DNA from: Ramazzottius varieornatus
Lineage: Eukaryota > Animalia > Tardigrada
Assembly: GCA_001949185.1 (NCBI GenBank)
Contig: BDGG01000017.1
Span: 248,001 to 312,000, forward strand
DNA: 64,000 bases
Reading direction: 5' to 3'
Shown piece by piece: positions 12,858 to 25,854 of this stretch. A program made the position numbers and the translations under genes. The first letter of the stretch is position 1. Each line of letters begins with the position of its first letter. The notes beneath the pieces were generated by a model. That model was given only the letters and a program-made list of their open reading frames with translations. It was not told the origin of the DNA and did not search any database.

Positions 12858-13430
12858 AAATTCCTAATTCCATTCCTTTCCAAATTCCGTTCCATTCCTC
12901 GAATTCCGTTCCGTTCCAAAGGGTAGCCGTTTGGAACGGAGGAATTCCTATTTGGAAAACTAGCAAAAATTGGAGAAAATCTAGGAATTCCACGAGGTGA
13001 ACAGTCGAAGATCTAGCAGATGTTGTCGGAAAACTGAACCGGATGCTGGCTCACACATGCGTACCACTAAGGTTAATTGGTCGTTCGGTTGAACGACCAA
13101 TAGCACTTTCGATCCGTCGCACTAAAGTATGCGGTGCATTCAGCTGTGCGTAAGTCCTTGATTTTCCCTTGGACTTTCAGGTCCGACAAGACCGAAAGTT
13201 CGGATCGGCCAATCTCCAGCTGGCTTTCAGTCTCAAAACCAAATTTGCTGATGACTTCAGATCATGTTTACTGTTTTAGATGGGTATTTAGAAAGAACTA
13301 AACTGGCAAATGGGACTTTGGAATTCCAGATTTTTGCGAGAACCTTCTGGAAAAGGAAATAGGAATATAAGAATATCAGGAATTTCTTTCCTATTTTCCA
13401 TTCCAAGGGTACTCGGCCTGGAATTTACAA
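12858..13430. repeat. ATTCC/GGAAT-rich degenerate repeats with small hairpins next to the helicase relic
   Basis: (ATTCC/GTTCC)n at 12860-12920. Inverted CCGTTCCAAA...TTTGGAACGG at about 12911-12941. Perfect 11-bp stem ATTGGTCGTTC-ggtt-GAACGACCAAT at 13076-13101. A GGAAT/ATTCC block again at 13310-13430. Confidence 0.45.
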
Positions 13431-13613
13431 CCTTACTTGAATGTCCGTTTCTTACAGCAATATGCCAAGCAATCAAGCAGTCAAACGGATCGACTTTACA
13501 CACAGGTTATAAGCTGTGAAAAACCGAAGGGAAAAAGAAATCCATGAAGCATGGAGGAGGATGTCTTTTGGACTTTAGCCCTCTGGAATCCAATACTCAA
13601 TGTAAAACAAGGT

Positions 13614-13922
13614 TCACACCGTCGAAGGTAAGGTAACGGTCGAGTTGGTAGTAGCGTGGTCATGACTGGGCAAATATTTGTACAGTCCAAACAGGACGAT
13701 AGTCCAGATAACTTTGGTGATAAGAAAGATCTTAATGTACTTCCAGGTGATATACCGCTTCGCCAGCTCTTTTATCCGTGCGGTTCGGCTGTTCCGAATA
13801 CCCTTCGGTCGGTCGGAGCTGAATATCTCTTCCGAATCAGCAATCTTCTTCTCTGTGGAATTTGAGGGAATCAACGGTATGCCATCGGTAGTCTCCGTGT
13901 TCCACTCCGACGTTTCTTCCAT
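13614..13922 (-). CDS. Small single-pass membrane protein of unknown function (102 aa, single exon)
   Basis: ATG-initiated ORF with an acidic N-terminus, basic pre-TM segment, hydrophobic IFLITKVIWTIVLFGLY and a Thr-rich tail with an N-S-T sequon. Confidence 0.45.
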   Translation of the reverse strand: MEETSEWNTETTDGIPLIPSNSTEKKIADSEEIFSSDRPKGIRNSRTARIKELAKRYITWKYIKIFLITKVIWTIVLFGLYKYLPSHDHATTNSTVTLPSTV

Positions 13923-14374
13923 ATTGGCACTCTCAATTCAAGGAAAATATCCCCAGTGCGATTTCACTAGAATCCTTTCTTGATATGAAACATGCGAACG
14001 GTTATGTTTCGCTGGAAAAAATAACCGAAATATTTCCTTCGTCGTTCGAAATGCTGTCCATTGCGACGATCGCCTTTGCTGCCAATGTTTCGCTTCGGCT
14101 AAAACGCTACGAGTAAAAATAATCACGGATAAAGTAGCTGAGCGTCTCATTGGGTTGTGAAGCTTGAAGAATTTCACTTCAGACAACAAGAGCGTGCAAG
14201 AACCGGTTGGTGACTAACTAAAAAATCTCATAACTTGCCCAACTTGCGCACATTCAATCAACAAAATATACGAGGTGTGGTTTTAGTTTGATCAAATAAA
14301 GAACATTATATAGGAGATGATAATATAATTACAACAAAGAAAAGATGATGCCAATGTGGATGAGCGGACGGGCG

Positions 14375-17300
14375 TTATGTCGGTTCGTAGGGATTGAGCC
14401 GTTCGGGAGACCCGATAGCCAGGTCCTCGTCGAAGACGGTATCGGTGGCGCTGTTGGAGTTCTCCGCGTTACCCTCGGCATCTTCCGTGTCGTATGGCCG
14501 AGTATTGTACGCTACGGAGAAGCCTTTAGAGTTAATGTTGTCGTCAGAGCGGAACCGGAGAAGCAGAGCGCGGCCAGTTGACGTGTAATCTTTGGGCATC
14601 TGCAAAGCACAGATAGTTAAGAATCAAGATACAATGGTCGGGCTTATGCACGGCCTTGACCAGACAGAACAACGGGCGCGCTCCTGAGGGGAACGAATGG
14701 AACTGTGCGGCACGGCCTTGACAGAGCGACCGGAAGTGCTTACCTTGTTGCCACAAAGCGTTCCAAGCTTGTTGGCTGCATCGTCGTATCCATCGTAGAT
14801 TTCCACGTAGTCGTAGGAGCAGTCTTGAGAGTCTTCCAGCTCGAAGGTGAGGAAGCGAAGATGGACGGCCATGGCATCGCTGTTGGAATCGATAATCCAG
14901 TCACAGTCTTCCCGGTTGCCGTAATTGTGGTCACCGTACTTGGCGTGCGAATACAGATGACCCACAACGCCAGTCGCCATCAGCTGCCCCCCACACTCTA
15001 GAACACAAAATAACCGGTCAGGAAACGGCAACCAAAGGAGCAAAAAAAGATCAAGTATTCGAAACACCCGGGAGTACGAAAATGTGGGAGCTGGCAGACG
15101 TCATCGCAGGTGGCGCACATTTACAGTGTTATCGGCTGCGTGTGTGCGCTACTTTAGATGACGATCTGGTACATTTCGGTCAGTTTGATGTGAGGCGACG
15201 TCTTACCTGTGGTGTGTTCAGCTGTGAAACCTTTCCTGTTGACGCTGGCGTCCGACTGGAAAATGATGAACATCTGGTTGGCGCTAGACAGCAGCGGATG
15301 GGGGATCTTGCTTCCGCAGAAGCGTCCTAAGACTGGACTGGCGGACGACTGGCCGTCATACACTTCGATATGATCGTAGGTGCATTCTTGGTGGGGCTCA
15401 ATCTCAAACTCTTGAAAAATCTACAGAAAAACAGGCGATTAGCTTTTGAGAACCAGGCAAGGCAGACCAATTCGACAACAACTGTTATCCCAAGTGGCGC
15501 ACTTCATCAGGGTTCTTGGCCGCAAGTGTGCGCTACTTGGAAAATTCAAGCAAGAGTTTCGCCCCAGGTGGCGCACGTTTTCGGCCTGCGCCAATTGGAA
15601 AAGCCATCTTGTCGAGTTTGCCGAGATCTCCTTTGACTGATTTGGTGCAAATACGAGATGGTGGGCCGAAATACTGATGACATACTAGTTTGATGCGATG
15701 ACCAGGGGTGGCCGTCAGGTGCCAGATGCAGTCCTTGCGGGGTGGGTAAGTTTCGGGCCAGTTGGGACTGCTGACGATGCCCATGGCTTCGTTGATGAGG
15801 AACTTGCAGCCTCCTTCCTTGCAGTCGTGCTTGTTCTCGTGCAGGACGAACCCGTTGTTGCACAAGCATTCGTAGCCGCCCATGGTGTTGCGACAGATTT
15901 GCTGGCAACCTCCGTTGTTCACCACGCATTCGTCCTTGTCTGAGAAATCAAATGGAGAATTTAGGTGTCCGTTCATATTCGCAAAAAGTATGTCATGTAC
16001 CATTTCCCACAATTCATTTTTGCAGACTGGTTTTCAACTAAGAATATCAGAATAATGGTATGGTCAACACGGGGCGGTATCGGTATTTCTCTACGATTTA
16101 TTCTGTTTATATTCCCATGACGGAGTGGGGAACTGTTAATTTGATGTCTGGCGGTATTTTCACAACATCAAGGCAATCAGATACCTGTGAAGAAAGAGGC
16201 GGCAAAACCGCTCTTCTGGACAGAGTTATCCGACTGGAAGACCACACGGACGATATTGTTGTCCGCCGTGATAGGAGTCGGGATACTCTGGCCGCAGAAG
16301 ACTCCCAGGCGCCGCCAGTCGCTGGAGGTGTTGTCCGAGGAGGAACTCACTGTGATGGAGTCATACTCGCAGTCTTGCTGAATAGAAAAACACCCACTGA
16401 GGACTACCGAAGAAGGTAAATAGTCCTGGTCGAATTTGTTCGCCGGACCCTCTCTCACTTACGTTGTTGCCTTCAAGGTCGAAGTGAGTGAAATTAATGG
16501 TAATTTGATACTGTGGTGGGGAAGATATCTGCCAGATGCACATTTTGTTGGGAGGGTACAGCTCGGGGAAGGACGGACTGGTGATGGAGCCGTTGAGAGC
16601 CTCGATGAAGCCGCCACAAGCCTTCTCACAGTGCTTGCCGTCCGAGTGCAGCTCGAAGCCGATTCGGCATTCACAGCGGTATCCGCCCAAAGTGTTGATA
16701 CACGTCTGCTGGCAACCGTGATCCGTTAGAGCGCATTCATCATACTCTGCATGGTACAAAGCGTCACATTTCCGATATTCGATGTGTAAGATGGAAGCGA
16801 CTCCATCGACATTTACCCGTAACGTATTCGAGGGAGAAGCCGGCTTTCTGTACAGAGGCGTCCGACACGAACTTTAACCACATGGAGCTTCCGGTTGACT
16901 TGATGGAAGTGGGAATATGGTAGCCACAGTAGCGACCAATCAGCGGCGAAGCTGCTTCGGCACCATCTCGAAGCTCCAAGTAGTCGTACAGACACTCGTC
17001 ATGGTTCTCGATCTCGAAACTGTGAAACTGAATGGCCACCTACAAAACAGCAAGACAATGCCCGCATTGATCAAAATTGACACGGAAGGCCGGTATAAAC
17101 CGAAACGTACAAGATGGTAACAGCAAGGGACGCACACTTACGATTAACAACCATGGCAATGTGCGTCGCTTGGGACAACAACATCTTGCTCGAGTATTCC
17201 AAGTGGCGCACGTTTTCGGCCAGCAGCACTGCAACCGTGCGTCACTTGGGAAGAAGGACCCTCAATATTTCGTGTGCCAGCCTCTCAACATTTTGGAAAG

Positions 17301-20250
17301 GAACGTACCTGGTAGTTGGCTTCCAGACGGATGACCCAGACACATTCCTTGTCGGGTCGGTAGTCTTCGGGGTAGTTGGGACTTTGTAGCTGGCCCTTGG
17401 GTGCTGTGATGTTGCCGCCGCAAATAACGTCGTAGCGAGCCCGGAAACCCGCTTCGGCTTTGGTGGGGTACTGCAGGAAAGAGTTGGTGATCCGCTTGTT
17501 GGCTTTGTATTCTAACCACAGACGTGAGCCCGTCGAAAGGATCGTGGTCGCCATCCGGTTGGCCCCACATAGTCTCGCTGTAACAGAATCGCAAAAGTGT
17601 TCAATAAGATGGACTGACGGATTTTTCGGGAATCAAAATTTGCGGGAGAAGTTTTGGTGAGATTTCGTACCAAGAAGCGGAGATTTATGCCAGTGTCCGT
17701 CACGAATTTCTAGGTAGTCGTTGAAGCAGTCTTTAGTGTGACCAATGTCCATTTGGGTGATGTTCAGTGCGATGAATTCCCCGTGAGTGGCTTCGATGCG
17801 CCACACACAGCGATACGGCGTAACTTTTAGCTCGTTGTTGACAGCTGTGTACTTCTCTTCGTCATACTCCGGAGAATGAAAGGAGCCAATGGGTGTCAGG
17901 AAAGTCCTTCCGCATGCTGCAAACAACCCATGGCTAAAGACTAACCGAAACATACGGTGGCTCATCGTACACCTGCATACGTTAGCACCGTAGCAAAACT
18001 GAACTTGGTGTATGCAGAAGGCTGACCTGCCCGTACCTGCGTGATTCCACCTCGTTACAGGTACAGAGCATGATTCACGCAGGTCCATGTCTCACTTACA
18101 ATCAAGCGGGAAAAGTCTACGTACTTGGACATTTGTACAAGAGGTTAGTCTGAGCAATGTCGCCTTCGGACAAGCGAATTCTCTGGCCAATCTCCGGTCG
18201 CTCCAGCATCTCCGGCGTCTTTCTGGGCAGGATCGTGTCCAAATAGGTTCCTCGAGCGAACGTGTTGCGAGCGTAGTGCATGATGCTGGCAAAATCGTAG
18301 GGCTGTCCCAACGAGTTAACTTCTTCCGATGTCAGCTTGTTGAAATTGTACTCCTGACCTGCAAATTCGTGAAATTACTCCTCCGTCCCTTAGCGAAATA
18401 GTTGGAGGAAAATGAGAATACGACCTCGGCAAGTAAACTGAATACTATTGCTATCTCAAGTGGCGTACTTGTGCGTTGTTATTGGCTGAAACGGTGTGCC
18501 ACTCGTCGAGTTTTGCCGACTTTTCCAAGTGGCGCACACTTTCGAGTAATAACAATGGAAACGTGCGCAACTTGGGAAAACTCGACAAGGGTATGCTCCC
18601 AAGTAAAGCAGCCGGACGCACATTTTGATTGTTTTTTCCTATTGCGGGAAGAGGGCGCCACTTGAGAAAACGATCATGCTCGACCCATTCACCGACGTTC
18701 GAAACAGGGGCCTTTACCTGGCATAATGTGGGAGGTTATTATCTCGACGTTGCTGTCCCGATCAGGGCGGGTGTGTTCGTGCCAAAAGCCCACGACATGT
18801 CCCAGCTCGTGGACAACGATACCGAACTTGTCGCAGTTCTTACCGATACTGATGGCTTGTGCGCCACTTCCTCGTTTGCCCACAAACGAGCAACACCTGC
18901 AATAAGCAACCCTTCGAGTCAAACGGGTCAAACGAGTCAACCATTTGATAGGTCGAAAGCGAGACTTGCCCACATGGTCGTTCGGTGAAGACAATGTAAT
19001 TTTCATGCTCGGGTTTGCGCTCGATGAAATGGACACAAGTGTAGTTCTCCCAGTGACGCATGGCTTGACGGAAGAGAGCCTTATGTTCACCGCTGAAGTT
19101 GCGATCAATCTCGTACGGGATAATACCGTCCTCCCAGATGCGTTCAGTCCGAGCTGTAGCGGCTCTCGGTGAACGACTCTTCACTTTACTTCGATCGACG
19201 CTGTCAAAATAACCGAGATTGCAACCATGCGGCACTTGGAAGCTCGGCAGACAGACTGGACCAGACTGTCTTCCTACGTGGCGCACCTTATCGGTGTTAT
19301 CAAGTGGGAGCGTGCGCCACCTGGCAGAACGGTCTGGCCGAGTTTTTTCACCGATCTCTCAGTTTTATTGCAAAGTGTTTTGGTACTGTCCAACTGTCCT
19401 TGTGTTTTAATGAACTTGAAAAATTCTACTTTTTGACGGAAGATGGACGATTTCCGGTCCGGGAAGGACGACCACTTCTTGTTCGATTTCTGGTTTCCAG
19501 CCAGGCTTTGAGCTTGGTGCCCTTTTCCGACGCAGACTGTGGTTTCATGGGTAGGAGATCCTGAAGAAAGGTTGAGTTGCCGCTTGGCACCGCAAGGATC
19601 GGTGCGCTTCTGGTATATCGGACCAACTCGTCCTTGGTCAGCGCCATATCGCTCAGGAACCCGTCTGCAAATGCAAAAGAGTTGTGAGAAACTGTCCAGA
19701 AACCGTGCAAGATGCAACCATCACCATCGCGACCCTGGGCATATTCCCAGAGGTTCAACCATCACAGGCCTGGTCGAGAAACTCGCAGTATCGTATCACA
19801 TAGGCCAAAAATCCCTTCCGATATTTGGGGGATATTTTTGTTTCGTGTGGCGCACGTTCTCGTCGTTTTCAATTATGCACATGCGCCAGTTTGTAAAGTT
19901 GGTGGTCAAGTGGCGCACGTCTTCATTGGTACTGGCTGGGCACCTGCGCCACTTTCGGTTACCGGTTCCCCAATTTTGCACCAACAGTTTTAAGCGGTGG
20001 GAAATCAGAGCAAAATAAATTTATCCAGCAATGTTGGGTAGGCATTGTGATGTTTGTTCATGATCAGTTAGTGTTTACCGGCTTTGCAAGGGTCCATGAA
20101 GAGATCGTTGGATGTTTTGTAGGGGAAAGTCTGACTGACCAGCCAATCCTCACTATATTTCCCGGCATTATGGATCCGGGTCCCCGCACTTGGCTGCGTA
20201 CTCCACAGAAACACAACCCAGCTTAACAAGAACGATAAACTACCCTGCAT
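14375..20250 (-). CDS. BMP1: Tolloid/BMP1-like astacin metalloprotease (signal-prodomain-astacin-CUB-CUB-EGF-CUB-EGF-CUB-CUB)
   Basis: Signal peptide and FMDPCKA in exon 1 (20250-20078), activation site [14 protein letters not shown], Zn motif [19 protein letters not shown], Met-turn [10 protein letters not shown], five CUB and two Ca-EGF (DECA../DECV..) domains. BMP1 versus tolloid-like orthology is not resolvable. Confidence 0.95.
15462..15625. repeat. Palindromic family A array (2 units, tolloid intron)
   Basis: TCGACAAC...CCCAAGTGGCGCAC...CTTGTCGAGTTT. Confidence 0.85.
18420..18685. repeat. Palindromic family A array (3 units, tolloid intron)
   Basis: Three AAGTGGCG...CGCCACTT-type units. 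Confidence 0.85.
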
Positions 20251-21187
20251 TCTCCAAGCTTGACGCTTGCTCTAACACTCAGTACGATCGCAAATGGAAA
20301 GGACCTTGTCCTCATTATTCCATGGACAAGAGTGAAGAAGGTTCGCCGTTTCAACACAAGTGCAGCATGTCAGAAATCCGCAATATTCATCCTTAAGAAG
20401 TATCACAGACATAGTCTTCAAGAAGAAATATTCCAAATGTTAAATCAACATGGGATATCCGGGGAGGGAATTTCTCAACAGTTAACCATATCACAGATGC
20501 AATCACTTTGGTGCAGCGCAGAAAGTACTTGTTCGTAGTCAGTAGCACATGTTTGGGGTAAAAACGAGGCTTGACATAATTCCAACAGTCAGATTAGATG
20601 GCGTCCTGATAAATCACGTTTCTTCCAACTAAACTAAACAGCACTTTAATTGCCTTTGGTGTGAAGAACGGCCAGGCTAGACTTGGACGGCTAAGTGTGA
20701 AAACATCATCATCATCGAATTTCTCTGCTCATAGAGCACATTCTTCACAGCCGAATCTCCTTCCTTCTGCCTCGGAAAGTGAGAGGAGTAGGGAAGAAGA
20801 CCAGACAGATCGATCAGCTGTTACTAATTCCTCTCTGATTATTTACTCAAGGCACATGTCCACTTCGTGCTGCTGCCGAAGCTGACCAAGGTCCAAAGTT
20901 GACAGGCGTCGCTCACAGCCTAACCACACCTACATCAGTCAAATACACCAAAATTCATATTTCAATTGTACAGACGCCATGTACAGTTAAGTGAGCATAG
21001 CCATCAGAACGAAGAAAATAACACAAACTACCACAACCACACCTCACAATAACACAAAACAAAGGGCACCAAACTCGATCACCACAGCCAGTGCTTCGAC
21101 TTGGTCACCGGCGACGGCCCAACCTCCTCAACGTCCATCTCGAAAGCTTCAGCTCCGTTTTTGAAACCTTTAGCATCATCTTTCTCA

Positions 21188-22590
21188 CTACTTACTGAAG
21201 CCTTCCGAACTCAGCCACCTTAAGTAATGTCGGCGTGCTACATGTGCCTGCATCACTTCCTCCTCACACGACTTGTGCGCACAGAAGCTACACAAGAAGG
21301 CTCTAGTATCAGATGTCAACGTCGGGCTGCTGTAACCATTGCTGAGTTGGCTCATCGGGATGCGAACGGTTCGAGGCAGAGTTGCATGCCTAATTTCAGC
21401 CACATCACCGTCATCATCACACTCAAAACTGAAACGCTTATTGTGACGATCGTGGATAACTCTGAAGGCCTCATGAAGGCTCACTATCTCGTCCACTTCC
21501 GCCTTGAACATCTCGTCCGTCAGCATTTTCCTCACGTCACCTTCCGAAACTGCAAAGACCGCAGAAAGAAAACTTAAACAAAACTCTACAAGATAGATTT
21601 CTAGAGTGGCGCACTTTTCCAGCCAACGACACCAGTAGAGTGCGCCACTTGGGATAACAGTCTTGTCCACTTGTCCAAGTGGCGCAGGCTTCCAGCCAAT
21701 AACACTGAAAACATGCGCCACTTGGCAATAGTACACAGGCTGGCGATGGTATGTTACCCACAGAGTTTCTTCGTGTGACGGCATCAAGATACGAAGTACT
21801 GTCCTCATCCAATCCCTTCCAAGCAGTTTCCTTTCTTTTTGACGAGCCTGGCGTGACAGGCGATGGAGCAACTTCGGGGCGCGCTCTCAGAATGGACGTC
21901 CACGATTTTTGCAACGTGCAGCTCTCGGCTGGCAGGCAGAGAGGAGGTGGAATACCAAAGTCGTCGTTCTTCTGCCTCGCCAAACTTGTCGGTGCCGTCC
22001 GGTCGTTCTGCCGCCGCAGCATCTTGATGCGATTTTGGCAAAAACATAGAAAAGCCTCACGTTCGGCTGTTCCGCAAGACCCGTACCTCTGATCGCTAAT
22101 CGGCCCTCCAAAAACTTGCCGCGCGTGCTCTGCAAAAAGCGTGAGAAATGTGTGGAAACGATATCTGTGAGGCTTGCAAGCGAAACAGCATCTGAAGCGG
22201 CGCACACGTCCGGCCAATAACGAGGGATACGTGCGCCACTGGAGGAGACAATCTTGTCGAGGTAATCAAGTGGGGGTGCAGCGTTATAGCAGCAACACTT
22301 ATGGAGGACTATCATGAAAAGGTCCATGTCAACGGGGACAAGGCTGTTCAACAGACCAATCACCCCCCGTCTCGAGCGCTTGCCTTTTTCTCTGGTGGCT
22401 TCGGGAACCACATCCGGTCCTAGTAGCGTTCGAATCAGTTCCCAACCGTAACGACTTGCAGTGTTCCGCCTGGTCCGAATCTTCCCGCAACCTTTGAAGA
22501 ACCTCGCTGGATACGAAAAAAGTAACGCCTGCAAGTATCCGCGTCTTGTCGCTCGACGACCGGAACGACCAACATTCCTTGTCATCCTCT
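21188..22590 (-). CDS. Uncharacterised spliced gene ending in a single C2H2 zinc finger; 5' end uncertain
   Basis: Last exon encodes FLCSFCAHKSCEEEVMQAHVARRH (C-x2-C-x12-H-x4-H). Upstream exons join in phase across repeat-containing introns (...FMIVLHK|YRFHTFLTLF...). Start codon not resolved. Confidence 0.5.
21580..21730. repeat. Palindromic family A array (2 units)
   Basis: GTGGCGCAC-N25-GTGCGCCACTTG repeated at a period of about 73 nt. Confidence 0.9.
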
Positions 22591-23302
22591 TCGCCGTTCA
22601 TCTGCAATAACACCAGCAACAGTAGAAAATCGAATCTTATTCTGCTCGGAGGATGGAAAGTAAATGCTTACCCTGCTATGTTCCGCGCTTTGTGCAGACA
22701 TAACTCATCACATCTTGCAGCTCAGGAGTATGGATGGAATTCTCGAAAAAGCGTCCAAAGCACTGATGTGCTGCTGAAGCGCGCGTCTGTCGGAGCATGG
22801 CAAGCCAAAACGCGCAAAATTAAAATGGTAGGCCATAAATTTACCGGAGCCAGGTCTTGTATATAGGAAACCTTGGCATCGAATCCCGGTAGAAGGGCTT
22901 TTTCAAATATTGAGCTAACAGGTGCAGTCAATCAACCAAATGGTTTTGTTTCTTTCTCATACCCCAGCCGCGGTGGAAGTTGATTGAATGATCTTACTCT
23001 TCGGTCGAATTAACAATCTGGTACGTCACAGAATGGTTACGTCATGACTAAAATCTGCCCCGCATTGTGCTTTGACGTATAACGTCAAGGATACTTTACG
23101 GTGTCCTTTCTTCCAGCAACGCGCGCTGCAGTAGCACATCAGTGGCCGCTGGCCCCCAATTGAGATTTCTCCTGAGATTTTCTTCTCAACTTTCCGCAGC
23201 TCAGCTCCTGCCGGTTTCCCATCCCACTCTTGCGTTCTACCGCGTTCCGGACGTCTGTTTGAAGCATACTGACTATTTCTCATTGAAAGATACTGATTCC
23301 CG

Positions 23303-25651
23303 ATGCTCCTGCGACCATGGAGGAACATCCCGTCACGATGTCTTTCCTCTCTGACCAGCACGTACTCCGTTCCTCCCAAAGTCGCTATCGTCGGAGGTGG
23401 ACCAGCTGGCTTTTACTCGGCTCAGTATCTTCTCAAGGTAAAGTAGACCGATATGCATCGAGAAATACCAGAATAATCCATCAGGCATGTTTCTCCATCT
23501 CGCAGAATATGCCAGATGGACATGTGGATATGTATGAGAAGTATCCTGTGCCTTTCGGCCTTGTACGGTTTGGCGTCGCTCCCGACCATCCAGAAGTCAA
23601 GGTAGAATGTCCCTACAACATTAGGAGGTTTCGGTTGCGGTTCATTTTCGGGTTGCGTTGTAGAATGTGATACATCAGTTTACAGCCATGGCCAAGTCCA
23701 CGCCGTACTTTCGCTTCTTCGGTGGAGTTACGGTGGGTGCGACGCTGAGCGTCTCTGAACTGTTATCGAATTATGATGCTGTGATACTGGCGTACGGATC
23801 TGCGGGGGATCGCCTGTTGGGGATTGCAGGAGAAACTGGACCGAATGTTCTGTCGGCAAGGGAATTCGTTGGCTGGTAAAACTCTGATGAAAATTCACTT
23901 GACATGTCATCATATAATTGACGACGTCAAGTCGTCAACACGAAGCCGTACACCGGGAGGACCATATTACGGGCCCGCGGTGACGTCATGCGTGGGCAAC
24001 GGACTAATCGTAACAGAATAACTTGAGTAGCGCCTATTGCCTATGCCGCTATCTTTTTCTTCTAGTTTACAGGTCCGGAAGGAAGCTCTCCAGATATTTT
24101 GTGGCTCTTTTTGTCTGACGCAAGATTTCACATTCTTATAGGTACAATGGCTTGCCGGAAAACGTGGCTTTGAACATGGATTTATCCTGCACTTCCGCTG
24201 TCGTTATCGGACAAGGCAACGTCGCTCTGGATGTGGCTCGAATCCTCCTGACTCCACCTGATCTGCTCGCACAAACAGACATCACTGCTCATGCTCTGCT
24301 TCAGCTTCGAGAGAGCAAAATTCGAGACGTATATGTCGTTGGGCGACGCGGACCAATTCAAGGTACACAACAGACAAGAATTATTACTTAGAACTTGCCA
24401 AATAAGTCGAGAAGATCGTTTTCCCAAGTTGCGTATACTTTTAACCTATAACAGTAAATTAGTGCGCCACTTTGGCAGACCATCTGCTCGAGTTTTTCTG
24501 CCGAGCTCCTAAATCTGTTCAATGACGAATACCCCGGGTACATCTCTTTTCAGTTTAGCTTGATTTGGAAGATTTCGGGTTTTTTTCAGTTGCATTTACC
24601 ATAAAGGAGTTTCGCGAACTGACCAAGCTTCAAGACGTCAACACGGTCCTCCGGCAGGAAGATATTCAGCAGTTGGTTGACGCAGCCGGAACATTCCCAG
24701 CACGACGGAAGCGCTTGATGGAACTGATGGTCAAGTCCGGCCAGAGAAAACTGCAGACCGGGGACAACATCCGTAACTGCCATTTGCGGTTCTTGTTGAG
24801 CCCTCGAAAGATTGTCAAGGCAGACAATACCATCTACGCTGTCAATTTTCAGAAAAACAAGCTCGAAGTAGGGCGGAATCAGTCTGAAAAAACAGGTTCA
24901 TGGAAATTGAATAACAAATTCCGGTTGCAGATTCCAACCGACATGGATTCGGTCGTGACGTCGACCGAAGAGACTGAAGCCATTCCGTGCGGACTGGTGA
25001 TCCGGAGTATCGGTTACAAAGCCGAGCAAATTGACAAGTCCCTTCCTTTCGATACAATCAAGCACATCATCAAGAACGAACACGGTAGAGTCCTTACTCA
25101 TCCCGGTCTCTACTGCAGCGGATGGATCAAACGGGGTCCCGAAGGTGTCATTCTTACTACCATGAATGACGCGTACGAAACGGTGGAACTCTTGCTGGAC
25201 GACCTGAAAACAGGAAGACTAAAATGGAGCCTTGGTAAGAAGTCAAGCACCCAATCAGTAACCCGATGCAAACACAATGCTTTCAGTACGTAGCTGAACG
25301 TGTTTGAAGCGTGTTTATTCGGTTCCCAGTCGGGGCGGGTTTGAAATAATGCATCAACTTGAGTGAACTTTTTCCCCCTATTTTGCAGAACGGAAAACAG
25401 GAGCCGAAGCCATTCTGCCACTCCTTCGCTCACGAGACTGCGACCCTGTTACCTTTTCAGAATGGGAAGCCATCGACAAGGAGGAAGTGGCTCGTGGAAA
25501 TCTAGTAGGTAAACCGCGGGAAAAGTCGGTCGATGTAGCGGAAATGATCGGTGTGGCTAAGGGGATCCAGCTGTCCAAAGTACTCTTCCACGACGCACTG
25601 AACGAGAATTTGGACGAAGTCAAAGAAAACAAGGAAACAAAAAGCCAGTGA
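23303..25651 (+). CDS. FDXR: NADPH:adrenodoxin oxidoreductase (ferredoxin reductase), mitochondrial
   Basis: Basic presequence [12 protein letters not shown], then [91 protein letters not shown] and GKPREK. Confidence 0.97.
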
Positions 25652-25854
25652 ATTCCCAGAGAAATATTTTGTTCATTTTTTAGAGTTTTATCGCTCCTTC
25701 CCTTCCTTGTTCTGGCTTTGCAAGTAGGATTTTACTCTTCCTCCTTTGTCGATCCTTGTCCCGGAATACGGACCTCCAAATTCACATACTTCTTTCGCAC
25801 ACGGTAGGAATCATGCAGGATTCATTTTGAAACATGAAAAGTCAAATAAATGAG

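Noticed and set aside
18402-18665. Many ORF-track peptides sharing KWRT, SSGA, VRHL, CATW and QVAH words as a repeat-protein family
   Set aside because: These are translations of the non-coding family A palindrome in different frames.
23880-24140. Possible intronic snoRNA in FDXR intron (TGATGA, small hairpin TTGACGAC/GTCGTCAA)
   Set aside because: No convincing C/D box pairing with a terminal stem or recognisable rRNA guide could be established by eye.
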